DNA of 64,000 nt. Source: a bacterium. Lineage in GTDB: Bacteria > Patescibacteriota > Doudnabacteria > UBA920. Shown piece by piece: positions 46,964 through 56,575 of the stretch. The notes beneath the pieces are model-generated. The model was not told the origin of the DNA and ran no database searches. It saw only the letters and a list, made by a program, of their open reading frames with translations. The stretch covers positions 690,963-754,962 of the forward strand of contig CP064996.1 in NCBI GenBank assembly GCA_016699995.1, in the 5' to 3' direction. The translations under genes and the position numbers were made by a program. Each line of letters begins with the position of its first letter. Position 1 is the stretch's first letter.

Positions 46964-47947
46964 ATGGATTTATCAAATGTCGGGTTAAAGCATTACACCA
47001 CACAATATCCGAAACTCCAAGAGTTAGCCACCCAAGAAAACTTGGGTCGCATTTTTAGCGAACACAAGACCGATTGGGATATGGTCACAGCATCCGGACC
47101 CATAAAAGGCATTATACTCACTACAATGAGACAGAAAACTTTACCAGCAGATTTGCCGAAGGTCGGCGACTGGGTGGTATACGAAATAATTCCTGGAGAA
47201 CGCAAAGCAAAAATTTTACGCACCCTCCCCCGCTATTCTGTATTATCCAGATTCAAAATCAAAGATGAAGCCGAGCAGATTATCGCAGCCAATATTGACC
47301 TGATGTTTTTAGTGCTGAGCGTTGATCAAATTTACAACGCAATGCAATTGAACCGCTATCTGACAATCGCACAAAACGGCGGCATCACTCCCGTCATAGT
47401 GATTAACAAAACAGATAAAGCGCGAGGAGCAAACTCTCTTGCAGGGGGAATAAAAAAACTTCATCCGACTCTAAAAATTATCTCTACCAGTGCAAAAACA
47501 AAAATCGGCCTGCAAGAATTAGAAAGAAATATTTCTGCTGGGCAAACTGCTGTGTTGGTCGGAAATTCCGGTGCGGGCAAATCAAGTATTGTAAACGCAC
47601 TCTTAGCTGACAGTAGACAGGCAACTAAAAATGTAGGCAACGAAGGACGCGGCCGGCACACTACCACCCGCAGAGAAATGTTTGTTCTGCCGAATGGCGG
47701 AGTTGTGATCGACACCCCAGGCATGAGAACCTTAGAAACCAGCAAATCAAGTGGCAGTATATTTAGCGAACTAGAAGTGCTAAGTCGTAATTGCAAATTT
47801 CGTAATTGTGACCATATCAAGAGCAGCGGGTGCGCTCTGCAAAAAGCCCTCGTGGAAAAAACTATCACCGAAAAACAACTTCAACAATTTATTGCTCTGA
47901 CCAATAGCCCTACCCCGAGACCAAGCTATCACAAATCAAGTAGATAG
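46964..47947 (+). CDS. rsgA: Ribosome small-subunit-dependent GTPase A.
   Basis: VINKTDKA, GNSGAGKSSIVNALL, GRGRHTTT..., DTPGMR and the C-terminal zinc knuckle CKFRNCDHIKSSGC. Confidence 0.85.
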   Translation: MDLSNVGLKHYTTQYPKLQELATQENLGRIFSEHKTDWDMVTASGPIKGIILTTMRQKTLPADLPKVGDWVVYEIIPGERKAKILRTLPRYSVLSRFKIKDEAEQIIAANIDLMFLVLSVDQIYNAMQLNRYLTIAQNGGITPVIVINKTDKARGANSLAGGIKKLHPTLKIISTSAKTKIGLQELERNISAGQTAVLVGNSGAGKSSIVNALLADSRQATKNVGNEGRGRHTTTRREMFVLPNGGVVIDTPGMRTLETSKSSGSIFSELEVLSRNCKFRNCDHIKSSGCALQKALVEKTITEKQLQQFIALTNSPTPRPSYHKSSR

Positions 47948-48064
47948 ATAAAATAAAAAAGTAGTCCATATTGCTGTAGCGTAACTCATTACACAGCCGC
48001 CAGTCACAGGCATATGACATGGTCGGCGTGGTAATTCTGGAGCGTAACAATATGTACTACTTTT

Positions 48065-48490
48065 TTATTTGTTATTTCTTGAACTTTTTTTAGCTTTAGA
48101 GTGCTTTGGACAGCGGCAATGCTTACCGATAAATTCATCGAAATATTCCTTGCCGTAATCATAAAATAGTTCTTCACCTGCTTTGATATTCCGCTTTGCC
48201 TTAATCTTAATGCGTTGTGCATACTGAATAGGTTCGCAGTTTGGCAGACAAGAATGGTTAATGTAACGAGCTATATTTTTTCGATTGGTGCCATCGATAG
48301 TCCATTTCTTGCCCAAAGCAAACAGGTATTTCCCGCCCTTTTTTTGAACCTGTTCATCATTAAGCAGCGGTCCCACATACTCGATAATAAAGCTGCCTTT
48401 TTTTATTGGCTGTTTTGTAAATAGGCCTAGGCCTGCAATAGAGCGCTTAACCTGCAGCTGCTCCCTTAGATCTTTTTGTTCCTTTTTCAT
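48065..48490 (-). CDS. SET-domain protein (putative protein-lysine methyltransferase).
   Basis: GLGLFTKQPIKKGSFIIEYVG...NHSCLPNCEP...ELFYDYG gives the canonical SET motifs, with a post-SET-like CRCPKH at the C-terminus. Confidence 0.7.
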   Translation of the reverse strand: MKKEQKDLREQLQVKRSIAGLGLFTKQPIKKGSFIIEYVGPLLNDEQVQKKGGKYLFALGKKWTIDGTNRKNIARYINHSCLPNCEPIQYAQRIKIKAKRNIKAGEELFYDYGKEYFDEFIGKHCRCPKHSKAKKSSRNNK

Positions 48491-48544
48491 TTCTCAAAAA
48501 AAGACTGCCTTTGGGTATTCCAAAGACAGTCTTTGGTAAATAGT

Positions 48545-49198
48545 TTATTTGGCCAATTCGGCTTCGATCAACTCCTTAAGTTCGGTACGATTTAGCACCT
48601 TGTTCTGCTTTTGGCCGTTGATGAAGAAAGTTGGCGTCGAATTGACACCGATCGCTTCACCGTCTTTATAGTCGGTGTTGATGATATCTGCATACAGGCG
48701 CTGCTGAACAGCTTGCTTAAACTGGTCGACATTCAACCCGAGCTCTGCTGCGTACCCTGCAAAAATATCTATTGGGGTAAGGCTAGTAGACCACTCGCTT
48801 TGCTTTTCGTAGAGCATATCATTCATTTCCCAATACTTACCCTGTGCACCGGCAGCTTCTGCAGCCTCAGCAGACACATGGGCATTCGGGTGAATTGTAT
48901 CTAAAGGAAAATTTCTAAACACGAAATTAAAGTTTGGATTATCTTTATACTCGTCTAAAATCGCCTTGACTTCTGGCTGAGCAGCCTTGCACGCAGGGCA
49001 CTGGAAATCACCAAATTCGACAATAGTAACTTTAGCATCACGACTGCCAGTCATGTGACTGTTTTCTCTTACCAGAGAATCTTTATCTACGGGAGCACCA
49101 GGCTCTTTAGGCTGAGGGTTTGCAAAAATTGCCAACAACACCCCTCCGATAATTACCGCACCTGCAATTCCTAATAAAATTTTTACTTCTTTAGACAT
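48545..49198 (-). CDS. Membrane-anchored DsbA-like thiol:disulfide oxidoreductase.
   Basis: N-terminal TM helix; thioredoxin-fold active site FGDFQCPACKAA. Confidence 0.75.
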   Translation of the reverse strand: MSKEVKILLGIAGAVIIGGVLLAIFANPQPKEPGAPVDKDSLVRENSHMTGSRDAKVTIVEFGDFQCPACKAAQPEVKAILDEYKDNPNFNFVFRNFPLDTIHPNAHVSAEAAEAAGAQGKYWEMNDMLYEKQSEWSTSLTPIDIFAGYAAELGLNVDQFKQAVQQRLYADIINTDYKDGEAIGVNSTPTFFINGQKQNKVLNRTELKELIEAELAK

Positions 49199-49634
49199 TG
49201 TTAACTTCCTTTTGGGGCTTAGTAGCCTTCCAATGAATTACTAATAAAATTAATACGCCTGTAAAACCAGCGAAAGCGAGCAGCGGAATAGTCACAAAGC
49301 CAAACCATTCGATAAACTTTGTTGTGCACGAAACGCCGGCAATGCAAGGCGCTGCTGCCTCTGGCAAAATTTCGTAGTAAAGCAAGTTGTGATACAAGCC
49401 AATAATCCAGCCTATCGCTGCTAATACGAACGCCGGCAGGAGCATATCGCGACTTTTCTTGTAAATCGCAAAGCCGATTATCACCACCAAAGGGTACATG
49501 GCAATGCGCTGGTACCAGCACAGCACGCAAGGAGGATAATTAGCGATCTCGCTAAAGTACAGACTTCCCAGCATTCCCACAAGGCTGCCCGTCCATGCTA
49601 AATACAATGCATTCTTTTTTATTAAATCAATCAT
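49191..49634 (-). CDS. Disulfide bond formation protein B (BdbC-type DsbB).
   Basis: PPCVLCWYQRIAMYP, a second Cys pair in AAPCIAGVSCTTK, four TM helices. Overlaps dsbA by 8 nt. Confidence 0.75.
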   Translation of the reverse strand: MIDLIKKNALYLAWTGSLVGMLGSLYFSEIANYPPCVLCWYQRIAMYPLVVIIGFAIYKKSRDMLLPAFVLAAIGWIIGLYHNLLYYEILPEAAAPCIAGVSCTTKFIEWFGFVTIPLLAFAGFTGVLILLVIHWKATKPQKEVNNV

Positions 49635-49658
49635 AAAATCATTATATCACAACAAAAA

Positions 49659-51005
49659 ATGGTACAATTCTTATATATGAAAAGGTTAGCTATATATTCA
49701 TTCTTCCTGACCAACTTTGCTATAACCCTAGGTTTTTGGTGGTATTTTAACGGCGAGTCGTTCGTTGCTGGAGGTATTCCCGTTAAACTCCTGATGATCG
49801 GAAAGCTATCCGGCCTGATCGCGACTATCTTTGCATTAAACCAGCTGCTGTTAATCGGCCGCATCAAATGGATTGAATCCGTGTTCGGATTGGACAAGCT
49901 TTCTCGTGTCCACAAGTGGACAGGCTACATTACTCTCTTGCTCATAGTAAGCCATGTCAGCCTGGTGACCAGGGCCTACTCCCTGATTAATGACATAGGT
50001 TATTTCTCGCAGTACTTTTCCTTTCTAACCGAATACGATGACGTAATTTACGCATTCATTGCACTGGTGATTTTGTTCACCACGGTCGGGCTGTCTATTA
50101 CCATAATCCGGCGGAACTTAAAATACGAATGGTGGTACTACGTTCATATTTTTAACTACGCGGCTTTCTTTCTGTTTGCGCTGCACCAGTTTGAATACGG
50201 ATTAGCAAGTTCCAGCGAGTGGTTCCGAGCTTACTGGCTGGCGCTGTACAGTTTTGTAGCTTTGCATATTTTGTATTTTCGGTTTTTTAAGCCGTTATAT
50301 AATTTTCAACGCTTTGGTTTTACTATCGATAAGGTTGAATCAGAAAACGGCGTAGCCACCAGCGTATACATTACCGGCAATAACATCGAGAAATTTACAC
50401 GCCGCAGCGGACAATTTATGATCTTCCGTTTTTTGCAAAAAGGTTTTTATTGGCAGAAGCATCCGTTCTCTTTATCCTGGGGAGCGCACAACAAGGAAAT
50501 CAGGCTAACCGCTAAAAAGCTGGGTGACTTTACCGAACTAATGCCAAACTTGAAGCCAGGAACTAAAGTTTTAGTCGACGGCCCTCACGGAGTATTCACT
50601 TCGGATAAGATCAGGCAAAATAAAGTCTTATTAATCGCCGGCGGGATAGGAATCACCCCGCTGCGATCCCTGAGCGAGGAGTTGGCGGGAAATATAGATC
50701 TTACTCTTATATATAGTGCTAAAACGAGAAACGAAGCCGTACTCCTCGAAGAACTAAAAAACATTCAAAATTTTAGCAGCTCACAGCATCCATTCAAACT
50801 AATAGAAATCTATTCCGATGAAAAGGTAACCGGCGCAGAACACGGCATGCTTAATAAGGGTAAGCTGGTTCAGTTAGTGCCGGATCTTACGGAACGTGAC
50901 GTCTTCTTATGCGGCCCCCCTGCCATGATGAAGGCGCTAAAAAGCGCCATGGCCGAATTAGGCCTGCCTAAAAAACAACTCCATTGGGAACGTTTCGCGT
51001 TGTAA
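49659..51005 (+). CDS. Ferric-reductase / NADPH-oxidase-like flavocytochrome (FRD transmembrane heme domain plus FAD- and NAD(P)-binding FNR-like domain).
   Basis: TM domain with paired His residues (LSRVHKWTGY...VSHV; YVHIFNY...ALHQFE). HPFSLS (FAD site) and GGIGITPL (NAD site). Confidence 0.7.
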   Translation: MVQFLYMKRLAIYSFFLTNFAITLGFWWYFNGESFVAGGIPVKLLMIGKLSGLIATIFALNQLLLIGRIKWIESVFGLDKLSRVHKWTGYITLLLIVSHVSLVTRAYSLINDIGYFSQYFSFLTEYDDVIYAFIALVILFTTVGLSITIIRRNLKYEWWYYVHIFNYAAFFLFALHQFEYGLASSSEWFRAYWLALYSFVALHILYFRFFKPLYNFQRFGFTIDKVESENGVATSVYITGNNIEKFTRRSGQFMIFRFLQKGFYWQKHPFSLSWGAHNKEIRLTAKKLGDFTELMPNLKPGTKVLVDGPHGVFTSDKIRQNKVLLIAGGIGITPLRSLSEELAGNIDLTLIYSAKTRNEAVLLEELKNIQNFSSSQHPFKLIEIYSDEKVTGAEHGMLNKGKLVQLVPDLTERDVFLCGPPAMMKALKSAMAELGLPKKQLHWERFAL

Positions 51006-51043
51006 ACCGGCTAAAAGCCGGTTTTGTCTTGCTAACATTACTT

Positions 51044-51072
51044 TTGACATTTTGTTGAAAAAATGTTATAAT
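51044..51072 (+). promoter_or_regulatory. Consensus sigma-70 promoter TTGACA-17-TATAAT with an extended -10 TG.
   Basis: ttgaca at 51044-51049, tgt + tataat at 51064-51072; RBS GGAGGA at 51085-51090. Confidence 0.6.
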
Positions 51073-51097
51073 GCGAGTGATAATGGAGGATATATTA

Positions 51098-51502
51098 ATG
51101 AACAATACTGTTGCGGCGATCGTAACCGGATTTCTATTCGCATGGTGGCCGCTTATGATGCAGCGGACCAACCTCAGTAGCTTTTGGCAAGGCGCTGTCT
51201 TCTCGGCATTTGTGACTGTGAGCATGGTAATACCTGCTGTCCTCAATGGAACCGCCTCATGGCAAAACGCAGACTGGAAATTCGCGATCATAGCAGGAGT
51301 AAGCGGTGCGCTCGGCATGGTAGTATTTACCAGCATGCTTTCCAGCTCTACCCCCATAGAGATCGGGCCATTACTAACGACTATGCTCATCACTCAAGTG
51401 GCTGTAGCTGCAATTTACCATGCGGTGGTAAATGGCGAAGTAAGCAGTAAAAAGATTGTCGGATTCGTTCTGACAGGTGTCGTGGTTTATCTGCTCAAGT
51501 AG
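51098..51502 (+). CDS. Small 4-TM membrane protein (half-size DMT/EamA-like).
   Basis: The internal ATG at 51098 is preferred because GGAGGA lies 7 nt upstream. A stem-loop terminator follows (51512-51535). Confidence 0.5.
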   Translation: MNNTVAAIVTGFLFAWWPLMMQRTNLSSFWQGAVFSAFVTVSMVIPAVLNGTASWQNADWKFAIIAGVSGALGMVVFTSMLSSSTPIEIGPLLTTMLITQVAVAAIYHAVVNGEVSSKKIVGFVLTGVVVYLLK

Positions 51503-51694
51503 TACAGTCCTACCAGGCCTAATCAGGCCGGCTAATATTTTAGTTAGCCGGTCTTTATTTTTTGTTCAGAAGATCTTGATGAGTTATTCACAACTAAAAC
51601 TCTTGACGCTAAGATCGAAAGAAATTAAAATATCTTCTTAACCAAAATAAAAACTAAAGGCTGCAGGGTTAGGGTGCAGCTAAATAAGGAATAT

Positions 51695-52366
51695 ATGAGG
51701 CTCCTCATAATAAGCGATGACGAGCTCTTCGCAAAAAAACTCGACCTCAGCCTTAGGCAAGTTCATTTTAATGTCGACGTAGCCGGGACTGTGGAACAAG
51801 GAGAATTCTGGGCACGCAGCACAGATTATGATTTGGCGGTTGTCGAGCATTCACAGCAGTGCAACGCCACCAACATTTGTAGGGAAATCAGGGCCAGGGG
51901 GCGCAATACCATTATCATGGTCGTCACCGAACTGCTATCCAGCGATGAAGCTATCGAATTATTTAACGCCGGTGTAGATGACTACATAAGCAAGTTCAGC
52001 CACTTCTCAGAAATCATTGCCAGGATTAAAGCCTTGTTGCGACGACCTAGACAAATGATATCTGATGAGCATACTTTAGGGGATTTAGTATTAGACGCTC
52101 GCCGCTACGTAGTGCGGCGCGGCAAAAAGCAAGTTCATCTTACAAAAAAAGAGTTTGGCATTTTAGAATACATGCTGCGCAACAAAGATATTGTCTTAAC
52201 GCGCACCGACCTTATCGAACATGTCTGGGATATCAATACTGACCTCTTTTCCAATTCGCTAGAAACTCATATCTTAAATTTAAGAAAGAAAATAGAAAAG
52301 ACAGGACATCCCAAGCTGATCCACACCGTTTCCGGACGGGGTTACAAGATAGCCCTGCAGCCATAA
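51695..52366 (+). CDS. OmpR/PhoB-family response regulator with Glu at the phospho-acceptor position; an orphan, with no histidine kinase in the window.
   Basis: The receiver reads RLLIISDDELF...DYDLAVVEHS, where Glu replaces the conserved Asp; VVTEL (Thr) and ISKFS (Lys) are conserved. The C-terminal winged helix is ...HLTKKEFGILEYMLRNKDIVLTRTDLIEHVW...TVSGRGYKI. Confidence 0.7.
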   Translation: MRLLIISDDELFAKKLDLSLRQVHFNVDVAGTVEQGEFWARSTDYDLAVVEHSQQCNATNICREIRARGRNTIIMVVTELLSSDEAIELFNAGVDDYISKFSHFSEIIARIKALLRRPRQMISDEHTLGDLVLDARRYVVRRGKKQVHLTKKEFGILEYMLRNKDIVLTRTDLIEHVWDINTDLFSNSLETHILNLRKKIEKTGHPKLIHTVSGRGYKIALQP

Positions 52367-52471
52367 TTTAGACTCTTTTGCCTTATTTAAGCCATTAAAC
52401 GCCTCGTCAGCGCCTTGACTGAGCCCATTTTTGCTTCTATAATTAAGAACTACCAATTAATAGTAAAAAAT

Positions 52472-53161
52472 ATGTTAAGCAGACTGAAGTTAATATTTGC
52501 CTCCATTTGGGCAAAGATCAAAGGAGCGGGAAAATGGCTAGTTGGCGGATTAATCGCATTGGTTTTAATCGTCGGGGCAATCATTGGGATAAATCAAAAT
52601 GATGACAAAAAATCCGATACCAGCGATCAGCCGGAAATCGCCCAGGTTTACGAACCTTCTATTAGCACTCCTCTGCCGCCAGATAACAACAGCGAAAGCG
52701 CCTCTTCCGGGCAGGTCGCGGGTGACAGCACCACTAGCGTAAGCGCTACTGTCAACGACCAAAGCACCTCTGCCAGTGAACCAGCAACTACCTTCATCGC
52801 TCCGGCTGCAGGCGTTGATCCTAGCCAGCCTATTAAATACGAAAACTCAGCGTTCGGCCTAAAAGCAGTGCTTCCGGCAGGTGCAAAAGTAGACGAGCAG
52901 GCAGGAACAGTCACTTTTTACTCAGCTTCCGGAAAATTACTTTACAACGTAAATGTAGTCGACTCTAAGGATAGCTACGAAACCATAACAGCACAGCTAA
53001 AATCCAGCAGCGAAGTGGGTAAGATCTCTAAGGCGACTTTCGCCGGCTCAGAAGCTATACAGTTCTCTACAAACAACTTGACCGGTTATGTTGTATTAAA
53101 AAACAGTAAAGCGTATTACTTCATCGGTAACAGCTCCAGCTTAAACAACATCACTATATAA
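52472..53161 (+). CDS. Membrane-anchored hypothetical protein with a Ser/Thr-rich linker.
   Basis: Internal ATG at 52472; TM helix WLVGGLIALVLIVGAIIGI. Confidence 0.45.
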   Translation: MLSRLKLIFASIWAKIKGAGKWLVGGLIALVLIVGAIIGINQNDDKKSDTSDQPEIAQVYEPSISTPLPPDNNSESASSGQVAGDSTTSVSATVNDQSTSASEPATTFIAPAAGVDPSQPIKYENSAFGLKAVLPAGAKVDEQAGTVTFYSASGKLLYNVNVVDSKDSYETITAQLKSSSEVGKISKATFAGSEAIQFSTNNLTGYVVLKNSKAYYFIGNSSSLNNITI

Positions 53162-53165
53162 TTAA

Positions 53166-53192
53166 AAAGCACGAGAATCTCTCGTGCTTTTA
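53166..53192. terminator. Bidirectional hairpin terminator.
   Basis: agcacgaga-atc-tctcgtgct, A/T-rich on both sides; lies between convergent genes. Confidence 0.7.
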
Positions 53193-53202
53193 TAATTTAG
53201 AA

Positions 53203-53955
53203 TTAAGCAACTGCTTCTACGTGGACCGCTCCTGATTGCGGAATATTAACGCTAAAGATCGGCAGGCCTTTGGCAATTCTACCTAGAGTCGCTCCAAGCT
53301 GGTCGTGAAAAACTTCATCAATCGCTTTTCGCAAACTCCCCTCTTCGACCACCTGACCGGATGCCTTAAGCTTATAAGCCAACGGCTTGGTAAGTTTGCC
53401 CAATTGCTGCTCGTGCAACCGCTTTTGGTAAACGAACACCTGAGTGTCGCCGTTGTTTGGCTTGACCCCATAAAAGTCTGACTCAATCACCAAAACAGCT
53501 TTTTCGGCATGATCGCCGTTTAAAACAATCTGCTTTGCGCCTTCATCCAACAGCTTTGGAAGCTGTTCTAGAATAAATTCAGTCTGATCCTCCGACAAAT
53601 GATAGTCTTCGGGATGCTGGGTTGCAAAGTTGATGTGCCCGCAGCCAAGACCGGGCCCAGCACCCTTTTCCAGTGCATGAGCATCGGTATGAAACTTTAG
53701 ATTAAAAGGGCCACCGTAGGTTTCGGTAATGGTATCCAGCACCATTTTAGGATCAGCTTTGATTTCCAATTTGTTCAAAGCGCCTAAAGTGATAATTAAA
53801 TCGCCGATGTCAGCACCAGGCTTAGAAATAGCCGGGATACGGGCCTCATCCTCTTTTTGTGGAGAACGTCCGTCTACACAGCGACTCTGCAAGTTGGTAA
53901 ATTGGACAGGAAATTTATTGCTGTCTACGAACTGTTTTGCTTCTTCTTGATTCAT
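53203..53955 (-). CDS. Hypothetical conserved protein with Cys/His motifs (CVDGR, HTDAH, GCGH); a possible metal-dependent enzyme.
   Basis: Start taken at the internal ATG 53955, preceded by AAGAGGA. I recognise no family. Confidence 0.45.
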   Translation of the reverse strand: MNQEEAKQFVDSNKFPVQFTNLQSRCVDGRSPQKEDEARIPAISKPGADIGDLIITLGALNKLEIKADPKMVLDTITETYGGPFNLKFHTDAHALEKGAGPGLGCGHINFATQHPEDYHLSEDQTEFILEQLPKLLDEGAKQIVLNGDHAEKAVLVIESDFYGVKPNNGDTQVFVYQKRLHEQQLGKLTKPLAYKLKASGQVVEEGSLRKAIDEVFHDQLGATLGRIAKGLPIFSVNIPQSGAVHVEAVA

Positions 53956-54057
53956 GGTTCCTCTTACGTATATTTTACTTATCAAAAAACTTAGTATAGC
54001 TTAAAAATCGCTAAAAGTCAATAAGCTGTATAATAAAAACCGCACCTAAGAATGCGG

Positions 54058-54558
54058 TTATTGTGGTATTTGAGTTGCCCCGGCCGAAACCGATTTTTCC
54101 AACTCTAATATTTGATGAAAAACTTTTAGCTCGCCCTTCATAACGATAATATAACCTTCAACGGTCAAATTACCGAACTGTCCTTTAAACTGGTTAAGGA
54201 TAGCTCGGATGGCTCCCTGGGCTGCAGAGACCTTCCGGTTAAACTTACCTTCCTGCGCGGTTTTATCTTTGCAATCCGAGTAGTCGACATGAGTAACAAG
54301 CAAAATTTTCCTTACTCCGCAATCAAGATTGCGCTTGATCATGCTGATCGAGTACGGACGGTCCTTGTTGTAATTAAAAGCGAGGGAATCAATTACGTCC
54401 TTATTGCGGTAAAAGAAATAGTCGCGTACGGCAAGTTTCTCTTCTATTAAATTCCGATAAGCCATTCCCAAACTTGCATTGTCGGAAGCTATCACCATCG
54501 TCTCTGCGCGCACGAAAGGATATCTGACACTGCCTACCTTTTTGATGCCAGCGTTCAT
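54058..54558 (-). CDS. Hypothetical protein (166 aa).
   Basis: RBS AGGAGG 8 nt upstream; motif LLVTHVDYSDCKD; no family recognised. Confidence 0.45.
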   Translation of the reverse strand: MNAGIKKVGSVRYPFVRAETMVIASDNASLGMAYRNLIEEKLAVRDYFFYRNKDVIDSLAFNYNKDRPYSISMIKRNLDCGVRKILLVTHVDYSDCKDKTAQEGKFNRKVSAAQGAIRAILNQFKGQFGNLTVEGYIIVMKGELKVFHQILELEKSVSAGATQIPQ

Positions 54559-54698
54559 TAAAGGTTCCTCCTAACATATTAGTGCAAACAAAAACCTATT
54601 GTACATAATTTTTCAGTCTGTGTCAACCTCTCATCGCTTTAACCTACAACGCACTGCTCAGCATTACTCTTTATTTCAGAAATTGCTAAAATACTTGC

Positions 54699-55754
54699 AT
54701 GCAATCCTTTCAAAAATTATTGGAATCTTATGATTATAAGTTTCCTCCAGAACTTATAGCACAGGCTCCGGTTTCGCCCCGCGACGCGGCCAAGCTGTTA
54801 GTTTACGATCGTACCACTGGCCAAACATCACATGACATTTACAGAAACATCCTAAAACATCTGCCTAAAAACTCAGTGCTGGTTTTAAACCAAACCAAGG
54901 TTGTGCCAGCCAGGCTGGAAGTCATCAAGCCCAGCGGAGGCAAAGCCCGTATTCTATATATATCGAGCGAAAAAGAGTATCTTATATTTTTAAGCGACCG
55001 GAAACTCGAGCCGGGCAGCTTGGTTAAAATGAGTTCAGTTACACCAAAAGGCAAAGCTATAGCATTTACCGTTTTTAAAAAATCGGACCAGTTCTACTAT
55101 TTAAAACCATCATTTCCTGTTAAGAAAGTTTATGAAGTACTAAACGAATATGGTCAAACTCCGCTGCCTCCTTATATCAAAAGTCCACGCCTGAAAGGGA
55201 AAAAATTACTAAAAGAATACAACACAGTTTTTGCCAAAACTTTAGGCTCAGTTGCGGCACCAACAGCCAGCCTGCACTTTACACCAGCCTTGCTTAATAA
55301 AATTCAAAAAGCGGGAATTCAAATTGTTTATACAACACTGCATGTTAATCTTGGCACTTTTGCACCACTTCACGAAGACCAGTGGAAAAAGCAAAGGCTG
55401 CATGAAGAATGGTATGAGATTAGCAACGCCGCTGCAAAAACCTTAAACTCGGCAAAAAAGTCCGGGTCCACGATCATTGCGGTAGGCACAACGGTTGTGC
55501 GAACACTGGAATCAGCCAGTAACCCAGCAGGAAAACTAACTAAACTCTCGGGAAACACACACCTATTTATTACAGAAAGGACCAAGCTAAGGTTTGTAGA
55601 TTCCTTACTAACGAATTTTCACGTCCCTCGATCAAGCTTGCTTATGCTTGTGTCTAGTCTTATTGGAAGAAAGAGACTCTTAGAGTTGTACAAGATGGCG
55701 ATTAGAAAAAAATACCGCTTATTCTCGTTCGGTGATGGTATGTATATAAAATAA
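54699..55754 (+). CDS. queA: S-adenosylmethionine:tRNA ribosyltransferase-isomerase.
   Basis: YDYKFPPELIAQAPVSPRDAAKLLV...VAAPTASLHFT...VGTTVVRTLES...LTNFHVPRSSLLMLVS is collinear with E. coli QueA. Confidence 0.85.
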   Translation: MQSFQKLLESYDYKFPPELIAQAPVSPRDAAKLLVYDRTTGQTSHDIYRNILKHLPKNSVLVLNQTKVVPARLEVIKPSGGKARILYISSEKEYLIFLSDRKLEPGSLVKMSSVTPKGKAIAFTVFKKSDQFYYLKPSFPVKKVYEVLNEYGQTPLPPYIKSPRLKGKKLLKEYNTVFAKTLGSVAAPTASLHFTPALLNKIQKAGIQIVYTTLHVNLGTFAPLHEDQWKKQRLHEEWYEISNAAAKTLNSAKKSGSTIIAVGTTVVRTLESASNPAGKLTKLSGNTHLFITERTKLRFVDSLLTNFHVPRSSLLMLVSSLIGRKRLLELYKMAIRKKYRLFSFGDGMYIK

Positions 55755-55823
55755 TGGGATACAACAACTTTTAACATTAAATGACTGCTAGTTTTACGGC
55801 AGTTATTTTGTTAAAATAAAGCC

Positions 55824-56573
55824 ATGCATACATACCGAACAAGGTTTGCCAGAGAAATTGTGGCGGAATTTTTACCACCAGCCCGTGCTACAAAAAAGCA
55901 GCGAGTAATTTTACTGTGCGACGGCGCACCAAGCATGCCTAACAAAAAGCAGATGTTGGAATTTTTCAGCAAGAAGGGTTTTTGGGCAATTCACGTCCAC
56001 TACCGCGGCAGCTGGGAAAGCGATGGTAAATTTTTAGCGAAATCCCCCCATCAGGATGTTTTGGATGTTATTGAACAACTTCCAGAAGGCTTTACGGAAC
56101 TATGGGGAAATAAAAAATTCAAAGTTAAACCAGACAAAATTTATGTAATCGGCGGCAGCTTCGGTGGCGCTGCAGCCATACTAGCGAGTATGGACAAACG
56201 GATAGATAAAGTGGCAGCAATTTCTGCTATGCTCGACTGGACAAAGCCAGGGCCCGACGAGCCATATCCTAAGATGGTTCGGTTCTTTAAAGAAGCTTTC
56301 GGCAACGGATACAGGCTGCACCCGAAAGGCTGGGACAAGCTAAAAAGCGGTAAATTTTATAATCCAGTAAACCATGTTGAGGATATAGACGGGCAAAAAA
56401 TCCTGATGATTCACGCTAGAGATGACCGTACCTGCCCTTATAGCATAACCAAGAAATTTGCCGAACAGACAAAAAGCAAGCTTATCTCCCTCCCGCGTGG
56501 CGACCACATGAGCTCCAGTCTGATCATGAAGCCCCGTTTCTATAAATCATTTCTTAAATTCATCAAATCCTAA
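55824..56573 (+). CDS. Alpha/beta hydrolase (dienelactone hydrolase / prolyl-oligopeptidase-like).
   Basis: Nucleophile elbow GGSFGG; HARDDRTCP (Asp) and GDHM (His). Confidence 0.65.
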   Translation: MHTYRTRFAREIVAEFLPPARATKKQRVILLCDGAPSMPNKKQMLEFFSKKGFWAIHVHYRGSWESDGKFLAKSPHQDVLDVIEQLPEGFTELWGNKKFKVKPDKIYVIGGSFGGAAAILASMDKRIDKVAAISAMLDWTKPGPDEPYPKMVRFFKEAFGNGYRLHPKGWDKLKSGKFYNPVNHVEDIDGQKILMIHARDDRTCPYSITKKFAEQTKSKLISLPRGDHMSSSLIMKPRFYKSFLKFIKS

Positions 56574-56575
56574 CC

